From positions 342,798,001-342,862,000 of the forward strand of contig OZ024742.1 in NCBI GenBank assembly GCA_964016885.1: a stretch of DNA of 64,000 nt, read 5' to 3'. The number at the start of each line of letters is the position of its first letter. The stretch's first letter is position 1. Positions 28,541 through 44,974 of the stretch are shown piece by piece. Made by a program: the position numbers and the translations under genes. The notes below the pieces were generated by a model. The model saw only the letters and a program-made list of their open reading frames with translations, was not told where the DNA came from and made no database searches. This DNA is from Eledone cirrhosa (Eukaryota).

Positions 28541-31500
28541 AAGTATGTGATCTACAGTGGTATGAAGTATGTGATATCCTGTGATATGAAGTATGTGATA
28601 TCCTGTGGTATGAAGTATGTGATCTAAAGTGGTATGAAGTATGTGATCTCCAGTGGTATGAAGTATGTGATATCCTGTGATATGAAGTATGTGATATCCT
28701 GTGGTATGAAGTATGTGATCTCCAGTGGTATGAAGTATGTCAACTCCAGTGGTATGAAGTATGTGATCTCCAGTGGTATGAAGTATGTGATCTCCAGTGG
28801 TATGAAGTATGTCAGCTCCAGTGGTATGAAGTATGTGATATCCTGTGGTATGAAGTATGTGATCTACAGTGGTATGAAGTATGTGATCTCCAGTGGTATG
28901 AAGTATGTGATCTACAGTGGTATGAAGTATGTGATCTCCAGTGGTATGAAGTATGTGATCTCCAGTGGTATGAAGTATGTGATCTACAGTGGTATGAAGT
29001 ATGTGATCTCCAGTGGTATGAAGTATGTGATCTCCAGTGGTATGAAGTATGTGATCTCCAGTGGTATGAAGTATCTGATCTACAGTGGTATGAAGTATGT
29101 GATCTCCAGTGGTATGAAGTATGTGATATCCTGTGGTATGAAGTATGTGAGCTATAGTGGTATGAAGTATGTGATCTCCAGTGGTATGAAGTATGTGATC
29201 TCCAGTGGTATGAAGTATGTGATCTCCAGTGGTATGAAGTATCTCAGCTCCAGTGGTATGAAGTATGTGATCTCCAGTGGTATAAAGTATGTGATCTCCA
29301 GTGGTATGAGGTATGTCAGCTCCAGTGGTATGAAGTATGTGATATCCTGTGGTATGAAGTATGTGATCTACAGTGGTATGAAGTATGTGATCTCCAGTGG
29401 TATGAAGTATGTGATCTACAGTGGTATGAAGTATGTCAGCTCCAGTGGTATGAAGTATGTGATCTCCAGTGGTATGAAGTATGTGATCTCCAGTGGTATG
29501 AAGTATGTCAGCTCCAGTGGTATGAAGTATGTGATCTCCAGTGGTATGAAGTATGTGATCTCCAGTGGTATGAAGTATGTCAGCTCCAGTGGTATGAAGT
29601 ATGTGATCTTCAGTGGTATGAAGTATGTCAGCTCCAGTGGTATGAAGTATGTGATCTCCAGTGGTATGAAGTATGTGATCTGCTGTGGTATGAAGTATGT
29701 GATCTCCAGTGGTATGAAGTATGTGATCTCCAGTGGTATGAAGTATATGATCTACAGTGGTATGAAGTATGTGATATCCTGTGGTATGAAGTATGTGATC
29801 TACAGTGGTATGAAGTATGTGATCTCCAGTGGTATGAAGTATGTGATCTACAGGTGTATGAAGTCTGTGATCTCCAGTGGTATGAAGTATGTGATAACCT
29901 GTGGTATGAAGTATGTGATATCCTGTGGTATGAAGTATGTGATCTACAGTGGTATGAAGTATGTGATCTCCAGTGGTATGAAGTATGTGATAACCTGTGG
30001 TATGAAGAATGTGATATCCTGTGGTATGAAGTATGTGATCTACAGTGCTATGAAGTATGTGATCTCCAGTGGTATGAAGTATGTGATGTCCTGTGGTATG
30101 AAGTATGTGATATCCAGTGGTATGAAGTATGTGATCTACAGTGGTATGAAGTATGTGATCTACAGTGGTATGAAGTATGTGATCTCCAGTGGTATGAAGT
30201 ATGTGATATCCTGTGGTATGAAGTATGTGATCTCCAGTGGCATGAAGTATGTGATCTACAGTGGTATGAAGTATGTAATCTCCAGTGGTATGAAGTATGT
30301 GATCTCCAGTGGTATGAAGTATGTGATCTCCAGTGGTATGAAGTATGTGATCTACAGTGGTATGAAGTATGTAATCTCCAGTGGTATGAAGTATGTGATC
30401 TACAGTGGTATGAAGTATGTGATCTACAGTGGTATGAAGTATGTGATCTACAGTGGTATGAAGTATGTGATCTCCAGTGGTATGAAGTATGTAATCTACA
30501 GTGGTATGAAGTATGTGATCTCCAGTGGTATGAAGTATGTCAGCTCCAGTGGTATGAAGTATGTGATCTCCAGTGGTATGAAGTATGTGATCTCCAGTGG
30601 TATCAAGTATGTGATCTCCACTGGTATGAAATATGTGATCTACAGTGGTATGAAGTATGTGATCTCCAGTGGTATGAAGTATGTGATCTCCAGTGGTATG
30701 AAGTATGTGATCTCCAGTGGTATGAAGTATGTGATCTCCAGTGGTATGAAGTATGTGATATCCTGTGGTATGAAGTATGTCAGATCCAGTGGTATGTAGT
30801 ATGTGATCTCCAGTGGTATGAAATATGTGATCTACAGTGGTATGAAGTATGTGATCTACAGTGGTATGAAGTATGTGATCTACAGTGGTATGAAGTATGT
30901 GATCTCCTGTGGTATGAAATATGTCAGCTCCAGTGGTATGAAGTATGTGATCTCCAGTGGTATGAAGTATGTGATCTCCAGTGCTATGAAGTATGTAATC
31001 TACAGTGGTATGAAGTATGTGATCTCCAGTGGTATGAAGTATGTGATCTCCTGTGGTATGAAATATGTCAGCTCCAGTGGTATGAAGTATGTGATCTCCA
31101 GTGGTATGAAGTATGTGATCTCCAGTGGTATGAAATATGTGATCTCCAGTGGTATGAAGTATGTGATCTCCAGTGGTATGAAGTATGTGATCTCCAGTGG
31201 TATGAAGTATGTGATCTCCAGTGGTATGAAGTATGTGATATCCTGTGGTATGAAGTATGTGATCTCCAGTGGTATGAAGTATGTCAGCTCCAGTGGTATG
31301 AAGTATGTGATCTCCAGTGGTATGAAATATGTGATCTACAGTGGTATGAAGTATGTTAGCTCCAGTGGTATGAAGTATGTGATCTACAGTGGTATGAAGT
31401 ATGTCAGCTCCAGTGGTATGAAGTATGTGATCTCCAGTGGTATGAAGTATGTGATCTACAGTGGTATGAAGTATGTGATCTCCAGTGGTATGAAGTATGT

Positions 31501-34500
31501 GATCTCCAGTGGTATGAAGTATGTCAGCTCCAGTGGTATGAAGTATGTGATATCCTGTGGTATGAAGTATGTGATCTACAGTGGTATGAAGTATGTGATC
31601 TACAGTGGTATGAAGTATGTGATCTACAGTGGTATGAAGTATGTGATCTCCAGTGGTATGAAGTATGTGATCTCCAGTGGTATGAAGTATGTGATCTACA
31701 GTGGTATGAAGTATGTGATATCCTGTGGTATGAAGTATGTGATCTCCAGTGGTATGAAGTATGTGATCTCCAGTGGTATGAAGTATGTGATCTCCAGTGG
31801 TATGAAGTATGTGATCTACAGTGGTATGAAGTATGTGATCTCCAGTGGTATGAAGTATGTGATATCCTGTGGTATGAAGTATGTGATCTATAGTGGTATG
31901 AAGTATGTGATCTCCAGTGGTATGAAGTATGTGATATCCTGTGGTATGAAGTATGTGATCTCCAGTGGTATGAAGTATGTGATCTCCAGTGGTATGAAGT
32001 ATCTCAGCTCCAGTGGTATGAAGTATGTGATCTCCAGTGGTATAAAGTATGTGATCTCCAGTGGTATGAGGTATGTCAGCTCCAGTGGTATGAAGTATGT
32101 GATCTCCAGTGGTATGAAGTATGTCAGCTCCAGTGGTATGAAGTATGTGATCTCCAGTGGTATGAAGTATGTCAGCTCCAGTGGTATGAAGTATGTGATC
32201 TCCAGTGGTATGAAGTATGTGATCTCCAGTGGTATGAAGTATATGATCTACAGTGGTATGAAGTATGTGATATCCTGTGGTATGAAGTATGTGATCTACA
32301 GTGGTATGAAGTATGTGATCTCCAGTGGTATGAAGTATGTCAGCTCCAGTGGTATGAAGTATATGATCTACAGTGGTATGAAGTATGCGATCTACAGTGG
32401 TATGAAGTATGTGATCTCCTGTGGTATGAAGTATGTGATCTACAGTGGTATGAAGTATGTTAGCTCCTGTGGTATGAAGTATGTGATCTCCAGTGGTATG
32501 AAGTATGTGATCTAAAGTGGTATGAAGTATGTGATCTACAGTGGTATGAAGTATGTGATCTACAGTGGTATGAAGTATGTGATATCCTGTGATATGAAGT
32601 ATCTGATATCCTGTGGTATGAAGTATGTGATATCCTGTGGTATGAAGTATGTGATCTCCAGTGGTATGAAGTATGTCAACTCCAGTGGTATGAAGTATGT
32701 GATCTCCAGTGGTATGAAGTATGTGATCTCCAGTGGTATGAAGTATGTCAGCTCCAGTGGTATGAAGTATGTGATATCCTGTGGTATGAAGTATGTGATC
32801 TACAGTGGTATGAAGTATGATATCTACAGTGGTATGAAGTATGTGATATCCTGTGGTATGAAGTATGTCAGATCCAGTGGTATGTAGTATGTGATCTCCA
32901 GTGGTATGAAATATGTGATCTACAGTGGTATGAAGTATGTGATCTACAGTGGTATGAAGTATGTGATCTACAGTGGTATGAAGTATGTGATCTCCTGTGG
33001 TATGAAATATGTCAGCTCCAGTGGTATGAAGTATGTGATCTCCAGTGGTATGAAGTATGTGATCTCCAGTGCTATGAAGTATGTAATCTACAGTGGTATG
33101 AAGTATGTGATCTCCAGTGGTATGAAGTATGTGATCTCCTGTGGTATGAAATATGTCAGCTCCAGTGGTATGAAGTATGTGATCTCCTGTGGTATGAAGT
33201 ATGTGATCTCCAGTGGTATGAAATATGTGATCTCCAGTGGTATGAAGTATGTGATCTCCAGTGGTATGAAATATGTGATCTATAGTGGTATGAAGTATGT
33301 GATCTCCAGTGGTACGAAGTATGTGATCTCCAGTGGTATGAAGTATGTGATCTCCAGTGGTATGAAGTATCTCAGCTCCAGTGGTATGAAGTATGTGATC
33401 TCCAGTGGTATAAAGTATGTGATCTCCAGTGGTATGAGGTATGTCAGCTCCAGTGGTATGAAGTATGTGATATCCTGTGGTATGAAGTATGTGATCTCCA
33501 GTGGTATGAAGTATGTGATCTACAGTGGTATGAAGTATGTGATCTACAGTGGTATGAAGTATGTGATCTACCGTGGTATGAAGTATGTGATCTCCAGTGG
33601 TATGAAGTATGTAATCTACAGTGGTATGAAGTATGTGATCTCCAGTGGTATGAAGTATGTGATCTCCTGTGGTATGAAATATGTCAGCTCCAGTGGTATG
33701 AAGTATGTGATCTCCAGTGGTATGAAGTATGTGATCTCCAGTGGTATGAAATATGTGATCTACAGTGGTATGAAGTATGTGATCTCCAGTGGTATGAAGT
33801 ATGTGATCTCCAGTGGTATGAAGTATGTGATCTCCAGTGGTATGAAGTATGTGATCTCCAGTGGTATGAAGTATGTGATATCCTGTTGTATGAAGTATGT
33901 GATCTCCAGTGGTATGAAGTATGTCAGCTCCAGTGGTATGAAGTATGTGATCTCCAGTGGTATGAAATATGTGATCTACAGTGGTATGAAGTATGTTAGC
34001 TCCAGTGGTATGAAGTATGTGATCTACAGTGGTATGAAGTATGTCCGCTCCAGTGGTATGAAGTATGTGATCTGCAGTGGTATGAAGTATGTGATCTCCT
34101 GTGGTATGAAGTATGTGATCTACAGTGGTATGAAGTATGTGGTCTACAGTGGTATGAAGTATGTGATCTACAGTGGTATGAAGTATGTGATCTACAGTGG
34201 TATGAAGTATGTGATCTACAGTGGTATGAAGTATGTGATCTCCAGTGGTATGAAGTATGTCAGCTCCAGTGGTATGAAGTATGTGATCTACAGTGGTATG
34301 AAGTATGTGATCTCCAGTGGTATGAAGTATGTGATCTCCGGTGGTATGAAGTATGTGATCTCCAGTGGTATGAAGTATGTGATCTCCATTGGTATGAAGT
34401 ATGTGATCTACAGTGGTATGAAGTATGTCAGCTCCAGTGGTATGAAGTATGTGATCTACAGTGGTATGAAGTATGTGATCTACAGTGGTATGAAGTATGT

Positions 34501-37500
34501 GATCTACAGTGGTATGAAGTATGTCAGCTCCAGTGGTATGAAGTATATGATCTACAGTGGTATGAAGTATGCGATCTACAGTGGTATGAAGTATGTGATC
34601 TCCTGTGGTATGAAGTATGTGATCTACAGTGGTATGAAGTATGTTAGCTCCTGTGGTATGAAGTATGTGATCTCCAGTGGTATGAAGTATGTGATCTAAA
34701 GTGGTATGAAGTATGTGATCTACAGTGGTATGAAGTATGTGATATCCTGTGATATGAAGTATGTGATATCCTGTGGTATGAAGTATGTGATCTAAAGTGG
34801 TATGAAGTATGTGATCTACAGTGGTATGAAGTATGTGATATCCTGTGATATGAAGTATGTGATATCCTGTGGTATGAAGTATGTGATCTCCAGTGGTATG
34901 AAGTATGTCAACTCCAGTGGTATGAAGTATGTGATCTCCAGTGGTATGAAGTATGTGATCTCCAGTGGTATGAAGTATGTCAGCTCCAGTGGTATGAAGT
35001 ATGTGATATCCTGTGGTATGAAGTATGTGATCTACAGTGGTATGAAGTATGTGATCTCCAGTGGTATGAAGTATGTGATCTACAGTGGTATGAAGTATGT
35101 GATCTCCAGTGGTATGAAGTATGTGATCTCCAGTGGTATGAAGTATGTGATCTACAGTGGTATGAAGTATGTGATCTCCAGTGGTATGAAGTATGTGATC
35201 TCCAGTGGTATGAAGTATGTGATCTCCAGTGGTATGAAGTATCTGATCTACAGTGGTATGAAGTATGTGATCTCCAGTGGTATGAAGTATGTGATATCCT
35301 GTGGTATGAAGTATGTGAGCTATAGTGGTATGAAGTATGTGATCTCCAGTGGTATGAAGTATGTGATCTCCAGTGGTATGAAGTATGTGATCTCCAGTGG
35401 TATGAAGTATCTCAGCTCCAGTGGTATGAAGTATGTGATCTCCAGTGGTATAAAGTATGTGATCTCCAGTGGTATGAGGTATGTCAGCTCCAGTGGTATG
35501 AAGTATGTGATATCCTGTGGTATGAAGTATGTGATCTACAGTGGTATGAAGTATGTGATCTCCAGTGGTATGAAGTATGTGATCTACAGTGGTATGAAGT
35601 ATGTCAGCTCCAGTGGTATGAAGTATGTGATCTCCAGTGGTATGAAGTATGTGATCTCCAGTGGTATGAAGTATGTCAGCTCCAGTGGTATGAAGTATGT
35701 GATCTCCAGTGGTATGAAGTATGTGATCTCCAGTGGTATGAAGTATGTCAGCTCCAGTGGTATGAAGTATGTGATCTTCAGTGGTATGAAGTATGTCAGC
35801 TCCAGTGGTATGAAGTATGTGATAACCTGTGGTATGAAGAATGTGATATCCTGTGGTATGAAGTATGTGATCTACAGTGCTATGAAGTATGTGATCTCCA
35901 GTGGTATGAAGTATGTGATGTCCTGTGGTATGAAGTATGTGATATCCAGTGGTATGAAGTATGTGATCTACAGTGGTATGAAGTATGTGATCTACAGTGG
36001 TATGAAGTATGTGATCTCCAGTGGTATGAAGTATGTGATATCCTGTGGTATGAAGTATGTGATCTCCAGTGGCATGAAGTATGTGATCTACAGTGGTATG
36101 AAGTATGTAATCTCCAGTGGTATGAAGTATGTGATCTCCAGTGGTATGAAGTATGTGATCTCCAGTGGTATGAAGTATGTGATCTACAGTGGTATGAAGT
36201 ATGTAATCTCCAGTGGTATGAAGTATGTGATCTACAGTGGTATGAAGTATGTGATCTACAGTGGTATGAAGTATGTGATCTACAGTGGTATGAAGTATGT
36301 GATCTCCAGTGGTATGAAGTATGTAATCTACAGTGGTATGAAGTATGTGATCTCCAGTGGTATGAAGTATGTCAGCTCCAGTGGTATGAAGTATGTGATC
36401 TCCAGTGGTATGAAGTATGTGATCTCCAGTGGTATCAAGTATGTGATCTCCACTGGTATGAAATATGTGATCTACAGTGGTATGAAGTATGTGATCTCCA
36501 GTGGTATGAAGTATGTGATCTCCAGTGGTATGAAGTATGTGATCTCCAGTGGTATGAAGTATGTGATCTCCAGTGGTATGAAGTATGTGATATCCTGTGG
36601 TATGAAGTATGTCAGATCCAGTGGTATGTAGTATGTGATCTCCAGTGGTATGAAATATGTGATCAACAGTGGTATGAAGTATGTGATCTACAGTGGTATG
36701 AAGTATGTGATCTACAGTGGTATGAAGTATGTGATCTCCTGTGGTATGAAATATGTCAGCTCCAGTGGTATGAAGTATGTGATCTCCAGTGGTATGAAGT
36801 ATGTGATCTCCAGTGCTATGAAGTATGTAATCTACAGTGGTATGAAGTATGTGATCTCCAGTGGTATGAAGTATGTGATCTCCTGTGGTATGAAATATGT
36901 CAGCTCCAGTGGTATGAAGTATGTGATCTCCAGTGGTATGAAGTATGTGATCTCCAGTGGTATGAAATATGTGATCTCCAGTGGTATGAAGTATGTGATC
37001 TCCAGTGGTATGAAGTATGTGATCTCCAGTGGTATGAAGTATGTAATCTCCAGTGGTATGAAGTATGTGATATCCTGTGGTATGAAGTATGTGATCTCCA
37101 GTGGTATGAAGTATGTCAGCTCCAGTGGTATGAAGTATGTGATCTCCAGTGGTATGAAATATGTGATCTACAGTGGTATGAAGTATGTTAGCTCCAGTGG
37201 TATGAAGTATGTGATCTACAGTGGTATGAAGTATGTCAGCTCCAGTGGTATGAAGTATGTGATCTCCAGTGGTATGAAGTATGTGATCTACAGTGGTATG
37301 AAGTATGTGATCTCCAGTGGTATGAAGTATGTGATCTCCAGTGGTATGAAGTATGTCAGCTCCAGTGGTATGAAGTATGTGATATCCTGTGGTATGAAGT
37401 ATGTGATCTACAGTGGTATGAAGTATGTGATCTACAGTGGTATGAAGTATGTGATCTACAGTGGTATGAAGTATGTGATCTCCAGTGGTATGAAGTATGT

Positions 37501-40500
37501 GATCTCCAGTGGTATGAAGTATGTGATCTACAGTGGTATGAAGTATGTGATATCCTGTGGTATGAAGTATGTGATCTCCAGTGGTATGAAGTATGTGATC
37601 TCCAGTGGTATGAAGTATGTGATCTCCAGTGGTATGAAGTATGTGATCTACAGTGGTATGAAGTATGTGATCTCCAGTGGTATGAAGTATGTGATATCCT
37701 GTGGTATGAAGTATGTGATCTATAGTGGTATGAAGTATGTGATCTCCAGTGGTATGAAGTATGTGATATCCTGTGGTATGAAGTATGTGATCTCCAGTGG
37801 TATGAAGTATGTGATCTCCAGTGGTATGAAGTATGTGATATCCTGTGGTATGAAGTATGTGATCTCCAGTGGTATGAAATATGTGATCTATAGTGGTATG
37901 AAGTATGTGATCTCCAGTGGTACGAAGTATGTGATCTCCAGTGGTATGAAGTATGTGATCTCCAGTGGTATGAAGTATCTCAGCTCCAGTGGTATGAAGT
38001 ATGTGATCTCCAGTGGTATAAAGTATGTGATCTCCAGTGGTATGAGGTATGTCAGCTCCAGTGGTATGAAGTATGTGATATCCTGTGGTATGAAGTATGT
38101 GATCTACAGTGGTATGAAGTATGTGATCTCCAGTGGTATGAAGTATGTGATCTACAGTGGTATGAAGTATGTCAGCTCCAGTGGTATGAAGTATGTGATC
38201 TCCAGTGGTATGAAGTATGTGATCTCCAGTGGTATGAAGTATGTCAGCTCCAGTGGTATGAAGTATGTGATCTCCAGTGGTATGAAGTATGTCAGCTCCA
38301 GTGGTATGAAGTATGTGATCTCCAGTGGTATGAAGTATGTCAGCTCCAGTGGTATGAAGTATGTGATCTCCAGTGGTATGAAGTATGTGATCTCCAGTGG
38401 TATGAAGTATATGATCTACAGTGGTATGAAGTATGTGATATCCTGTGGTATGAAGTATGTGATCTACAGTGGTATGAAGTATGTGATCTCCAGTGGTATG
38501 AAGTATGTCAGCTCCAGTGGTATGAAGTATATGATCTACAGTGGTATGAAGTATGCGATCTACAGTGGTATGAAGTATGTGATCTCCTGTGGTATGAAGT
38601 ATGTGATCTACAGTGGTATGAAGTATGTTAGCTCCTGTGGTATGAAGTATGTGATCTCCAGTGGTATGAAGTATGTGATCTAAAGTGGTATGAAGTATGT
38701 GATCTACAGTGGTATGAAGTATGTGATCTACAGTGGTATGAAGTATGTGATATCCTGTGATATGAAGTATCTGATATCCTGTGGTATGAAGTATGTGATA
38801 TCCTGTGGTATGAAGTATGTGATCTCCAGTGGTATGAAGTATGTCAACTCCAGTGGTATGAAGTATGTGATCTCCAGTGGTATGAAGTATGTGATCTCCA
38901 GTGGTATGAAGTATGTCAGCTCCAGTGGTATGAAGTATGTGATATCCTGTGGTATGAAGTATGTGATCTACAGTGGTATGAAGTATGATATCTACAGTGG
39001 TATGAAGTATGTGATATCCTGTGGTATGAAGTATGTCAGATCCAGTGGTATGTAGTATGTGATCTCCAGTGGTATGAAATATGTGATCTACAGTGGTATG
39101 AAGTATGTGATCTACAGTGGTATGAAGTATGTGATCGACAGTGGTATGAAGTATGTGATCTCCTGTGGTATGAAATATGTCAGCTCCAGTGGTATGAAGT
39201 ATGTGATCTCCAGTGGTATGAAGTATGTGATCTCCAGTGCTATGAAGTATGTAATCTACAGTGGTATGAAGTATGTGATCTCCAGTGGTATGAAGTATGT
39301 GATCTCCTGTGGTATGAAATATGTCAGCTCCAGTGGTATGAAGTATGTGATCTCCTGTGGTATGAAGTATGTGATCTCCAGTGGTATGAAATATGTGATC
39401 TCCAGTGGTATGAAGTATGTGATCTCCAGTGGTATGAAGTATGTGATCTCCAGTGGTATGAAGTATGTGATCTCCAGTGGTATGAAGTATGTGATATCCT
39501 GTGGTATGAAGTATGTGATCTCCAGTGGTATGAAGTATGTCAGCTCCAGTGGTATGAAGTATGTGATCTCCAGTGGTATGAAATATGTGATCTACAGTGG
39601 TATGAAGTATGTTAGCTCCAGTGGTATGAAGTATGTGATCTACAGTGGTATGAAGTATGTCAGCTCCAGTGGTATGAAGTATGTGATCTCCAGTGGTATG
39701 AAGTATGTGATCTACAGTGGTATGAAGTATGTGATCTCCAGTGGTATGAAGTATGTGATCTCCAGTGGTATGAAGTATGTCAGCTCCAGTGGTATGAAGA
39801 ATGTGATATCCTGTGGTATGAAGTATATGATCTACAGTGGTATGAAGTATGTGATCTACAGTGGTATGAAGTATGTGATCTACAGTGGTATGAAGTATGT
39901 GATCTCCAGTGGTATGAAGTATGTGATCTCCAGTGGTATGAAGTATGTGATCTACAGTGGTATGAAGTATGTGATATCCTGTGGTATGAAGTATGTGATC
40001 TCCAGTGGTATGAAGTATGTGATCTCCAGTGGTATGAAGTATGTGATCTCCAGTGGTATGAAGTATGTGATCTACAGTGGTATGAAGTATGTGATCTCCA
40101 GTGGTATGAAGTATGTGATATCCTGTGGTATGAAGTATGTGATCTATAGTGGTATGAAGTATGTGATCTCCAGTGGTATGAAGTATGTGATATCCTGTGG
40201 TATGAAGTATGTGATCTCCAGTGGTATGAAGTATGTGATCTCCAGTGGTATGAAGTATGTGATATCCTGTGGTATGAAGTATGTGATCTCCAGTGGTATG
40301 AAATATGTGATCTATAGTGGTATGAAGTATGTGATCTCCAGTGGTACGAAGTATGTGATCTCCAGTGGTATGAAGTATGTGATCTCCAGTGGTATGAAGT
40401 ATCTCAGCTCCAGTGGTATGAAGTATGTGATCTCCAGTGGTATAAAGTATGTGATCTCCAGTGGTATGAGGTATGTCAGCTCCAGTGGTATGAAGTATGT

Positions 40501-43500
40501 GATATCCTGTGGTATGAAGTATGTGATCTCCAGTGGTATGAAGTATGTGATCTACAGTGGTATGAAGTATGTGATCTACAGTGGTATGAAGTATGTGATC
40601 TACCGTGGTATGAAGTATGTGATCTCCAGTGGTATGAAGTATGTAATCTACAGTGGTATGAAGTATGTGATCTCCAGTGGTATGAAGTATGTGATCTCCT
40701 GTGGTATGAAATATGTCAGCTCCAGTGGTATGAAGTATGTGATCTCCAGTGGTATGAAGTATGTGATCTCCAGTGGTATGAAATATGTGATCTACAGTGG
40801 TATGAAATATGTGATCTCCAGTGGTATGAAGTATGTGATCTCCAGTGGTATGAAGTATGTGATCTCCAGTGGTATGAAGTATGTGATCTCCAGTGGTATG
40901 AAGTATGTGATATCCTGTGGTATGAAGTATGTGATCTCCAGTGGTATGAATTATGTCAGCTCCAGTGGTATGAAGTATGTGATCTCCAGTGGTATGAAAT
41001 ATGTGATCTACAGTGGTATGAAGTATGTTAGCTCCAGTGGTATGAAGTATGTGATCTACAGTGGTATGAAGTATGTCCGCTCCAGTGGTATGAAGTATGT
41101 GATCTGCAGTGGTATGAAGTATGTGATCTCCTGTGGTATGAAGTATGTGATCTACAGTGGTATGAAGTATGTGGTCTACAGTGGTATGAAGTATGTGATC
41201 TACAGTGGTATGAAGTATGTGATCTACAGTGGTATGAAGTATGTGATCTACAGTGGTATGAAGTATGTGATCTCCAGTGGTATGAAGTATGTCAGCTCCA
41301 GTGGTATGAAGTATGTGATCTACAGTGGTATGAAGTATGTGATCTCCAGTGGTATGAAGTATTTGATCTCCGGTGGTATGAAGTATGTGATCTCCAGTGG
41401 TATGAAGTATGTGATCTCCATTGGTATGAAGTATGTGATCTACAGTGGTATGAAGTATGTCAGCTCCAGTGGTATGAAGTATGTGATCTACAGTGGTATG
41501 AAGTATGTGATCTACAGTGGTATGAAGTATGTGATCTACAGTGGTATGAAGTATGTCAGCTCCAGTGGTATGAAGTATATGATCTACAGTGGTATGAAGT
41601 ATGCGATCTACAGTGGTATGAAGTATGTGATCTCCTGTGGTATGAAGTATGTGATCTACAGTGGTATGAAGTATGTTAGCTCCTGTGGTATGAAGTATGT
41701 GATCTCCAGTGGTATGAAGTATGTGATCTAAAGTGGTATGAAGTATGTGATCTACAGTGGTATGAAGTATGTGATATCCTGTGATATGAAGTATGTGATA
41801 TCCTGTGGTATGAAGTATGTGATCTAAAGTGGTATGAAGTATGTGATCTACAGTGGTATGAAGTATGTGATATCCTGTGATATGAAGTATGTGATATCCT
41901 GTGGTATGAAGTATGTGATATCCTGTGGTATGAAGTATGTGATCTCCAGTGGTATGAAGTATGTCAACTCCAGTGGTATGAAGTATGTGATCTCCAGTGG
42001 TATGAAGTATGTGATCTCCAGTGGTATGAAGTATGTCAGCTCCAGTGGTATGAAGTATGTGATATCCTGTGGTATGAAGTATGTGATCTACAGTGGTATG
42101 AAGTATGTGATCTCCAGTGGTATGAAGTATGTGATCTACAGTGGTATGAAGTATGTGATCTCCAGTGGTATGAAGTATGTGATCTCCAGTGGTATGAAGT
42201 ATGTGATCTACAGTGGTATGAAGTATGTGATCTCCAGTGGTATGAAGTATGTGATCTCCAGTGGTATGAAGTATGTGATCTCCAGTGGTATGAAGTATGT
42301 GATCTACAGTGGTATGAAGTATGTGATCTCCAGTGGTATGAAGTATGTGATATCCTGTGGTATGAAGTATGTGAGCTATAGTGGTATGAAGTATGTGATC
42401 TCCAGTGGTATGAAGTATGTGATCTCCAGTGGTATGAAGTATGTGATCTCCAGTGGTATGAAGTATCTCAGCTCCAGTGGTATGAAGTATGTGATCTCCA
42501 GTGGTATAAAGTATGTGATCTCCAGTGGTATGAGGTATGTCAGCTCCAGTGGTATGAAGTATGTGATATCCTGTGGTATGAAGTATGTGATCTACAGTGG
42601 TATGAAGTATGTGATCTCCAGTGGTATGAAGTATGTGATCTACAGTGGTATGAAGTATGTCAGCTCCAGTGGTATGAAGTATGTGATCTCCAGTGGTATG
42701 AAGTATGTGATCTCCAGTGGTATGAAGTATGTCAGCTCCAGTGGTATGAAGTATGTGATCTCCAGTGGTATGAAGTATGTGATCTCCAGTGGTATGAAGT
42801 ATGTCAGCTCCAGTGGTATGAAGTATGTGATCTTCAGTGGTATGAAGTATGTCAGCTCCAGTGGTATGAAGTAAGTGATCTCCAGTGGTATGAAGTATGT
42901 GATCTGCTGTGGTATGAAGTATGTGATCTCCAGTGGTATGAAGTATGTGATCTCCAGTGGTATGAAGTATATGATCTACAGTGGTATGAAGTATGTGATA
43001 TCCTGTGGTATGAAGTATGTGATCTACAGTGGTATGAAGTATGTGATCTCCAGTGGTATGAAGTATGTGATCTACAGGTGTATGAAGTCTGTGATCTCCA
43101 GTGGTATGAAGTATGTGATAACCTGTGGTATGAAGTATGTGATATCCTGTGGTATGAAGTATGTGATCTACAGTGGTATGAAGTATGTGATCTCCAGTGG
43201 TATGAAGTATGTGATAACCTGTGGTATGAAGAATGTGATATCCTGTGGTATGAAGTATGTGATCTACAGTGCTATGAAGTATGTGATCTCCAGTGGTATG
43301 AAGTATGTGATGTCCTGTGGTATGAAGTATGTGATATCCAGTGGTATGAAGTATGTGATCTACAGTGGTATGAAGTATGTGATCTACAGTGGTATGAAGT
43401 ATGTGATCTCCAGTGGTATGAAGTATGTGATATCCTGTGGTATGAAGTATGTGATCTCCAGTGGCATGAAGTATGTGATCTACAGTGGTATGAAGTATGT

Positions 43501-44974
43501 AATCTCCAGTGGTATGAAGTATGTGATCTCCAGTGGTATGAAGTATGTGATCTCCAGTGGTATGAAGTATGTGATCTACAGTGGTATGAAGTATGTAATC
43601 TCCAGTGGTATGAAGTATGTGATCTACAGTGGTATGAAGTATGTGATCTACAGTGGTATGAAGTATGTGATCTACAGTGGTATGAAGTATGTGATCTCCA
43701 GTGGTATGAAGTATGTAATCTACAGTGGTATGAAGTATGTGATCTCCAGTGGTATGAAGTATGTCAGCTCCAGTGGTATGAAGTATGTGATCTCCAGTGG
43801 TATGAAGTATGTGATCTCCAGTGGTATGAAGTATGTGATCTCCACTGGTATGAAATATGTGATCTACAGTGGTATGAAGTATGTGATCTCCAGTGGTATG
43901 AAGTATGTGATCTCCAGTGGTATGAAGTATGTGATCTCCAGTGGTATGAAGTATGTGATCTCCAGTGGTATGAAGTATGTGATATCCTGTGGTATGAAGT
44001 ATGTCAGATCCAGTGGTATGTAGTATGTGATCTCCAGTGGTATGAAATATGTGATCTACAGTGGTATGAAGTATGTGATCTACAGTGGTATGAAGTATGT
44101 GATCTACAGTGGTATGAAGTATGTGATCTCCTGTGGTATGAAATATGTCAGCTCCAGTGGTATGAAGTATGTGATCTCCAGTGGTATGAAGTATGTGATC
44201 TCCAGTGCTATGAAGTATGTAATCTACAGTGGTATGAAGTATGTGATCTCCAGTGGTATGAAGTATGTGATCTCCTGTGGTATGAAATATGTCAGCTCCA
44301 GTGGTATGAAGTATGTGATCTCCAGTGGTATGAAGTATGTGATCTCCAGTGGTATGAAATATGTGATCTCCAGTGGTATGAAGTATGTGATCTCCAGTGG
44401 TATGAAGTATGTGATCTCCAGTGGTATGAAGTATGTGATCTCCAGTGGTATGAAGTATGTGATATCCTGTGGTATGAAGTATGTGATCTCCAGTGGTATG
44501 AAGTATGTCAGCTCCAGTGGTATGAAGTATGTGATCTCCAGTGGTATGAAATATGTGATCTACAGTGGTATGAATTATGTTAGCTCCAGTGGTATGAAGT
44601 ATGTGATCTACAGTGGTATGAAGTATGTCAGCTCCAGTGGTATGAAGTATGTGATCTCCAGTGGTATGAAGTATGTGATCTACAGTGGTATGAAGTATGT
44701 GATCTCCAGTGGTATGAAGTATGTGATCTCCAGTGGTATGAAGTATGTCAGCTCCAGTGGTATGAAGTATGTGATATCCTGTGGTATGAAGTATGTGATC
44801 TACAGTGGTATGAAGTATGTGATCTACAGTGGTATGAAGTATGTGATCTACAGTGGTATGAAGTATGTGATCTCCAGTGGTATGAAGTATGTGATCTCCA
44901 GTGGTATGAAGTATGTGATCTACAGTGGTATGAAGTATGTGATATCCTGTGGTATGAAGTATGTGATCTCCTGT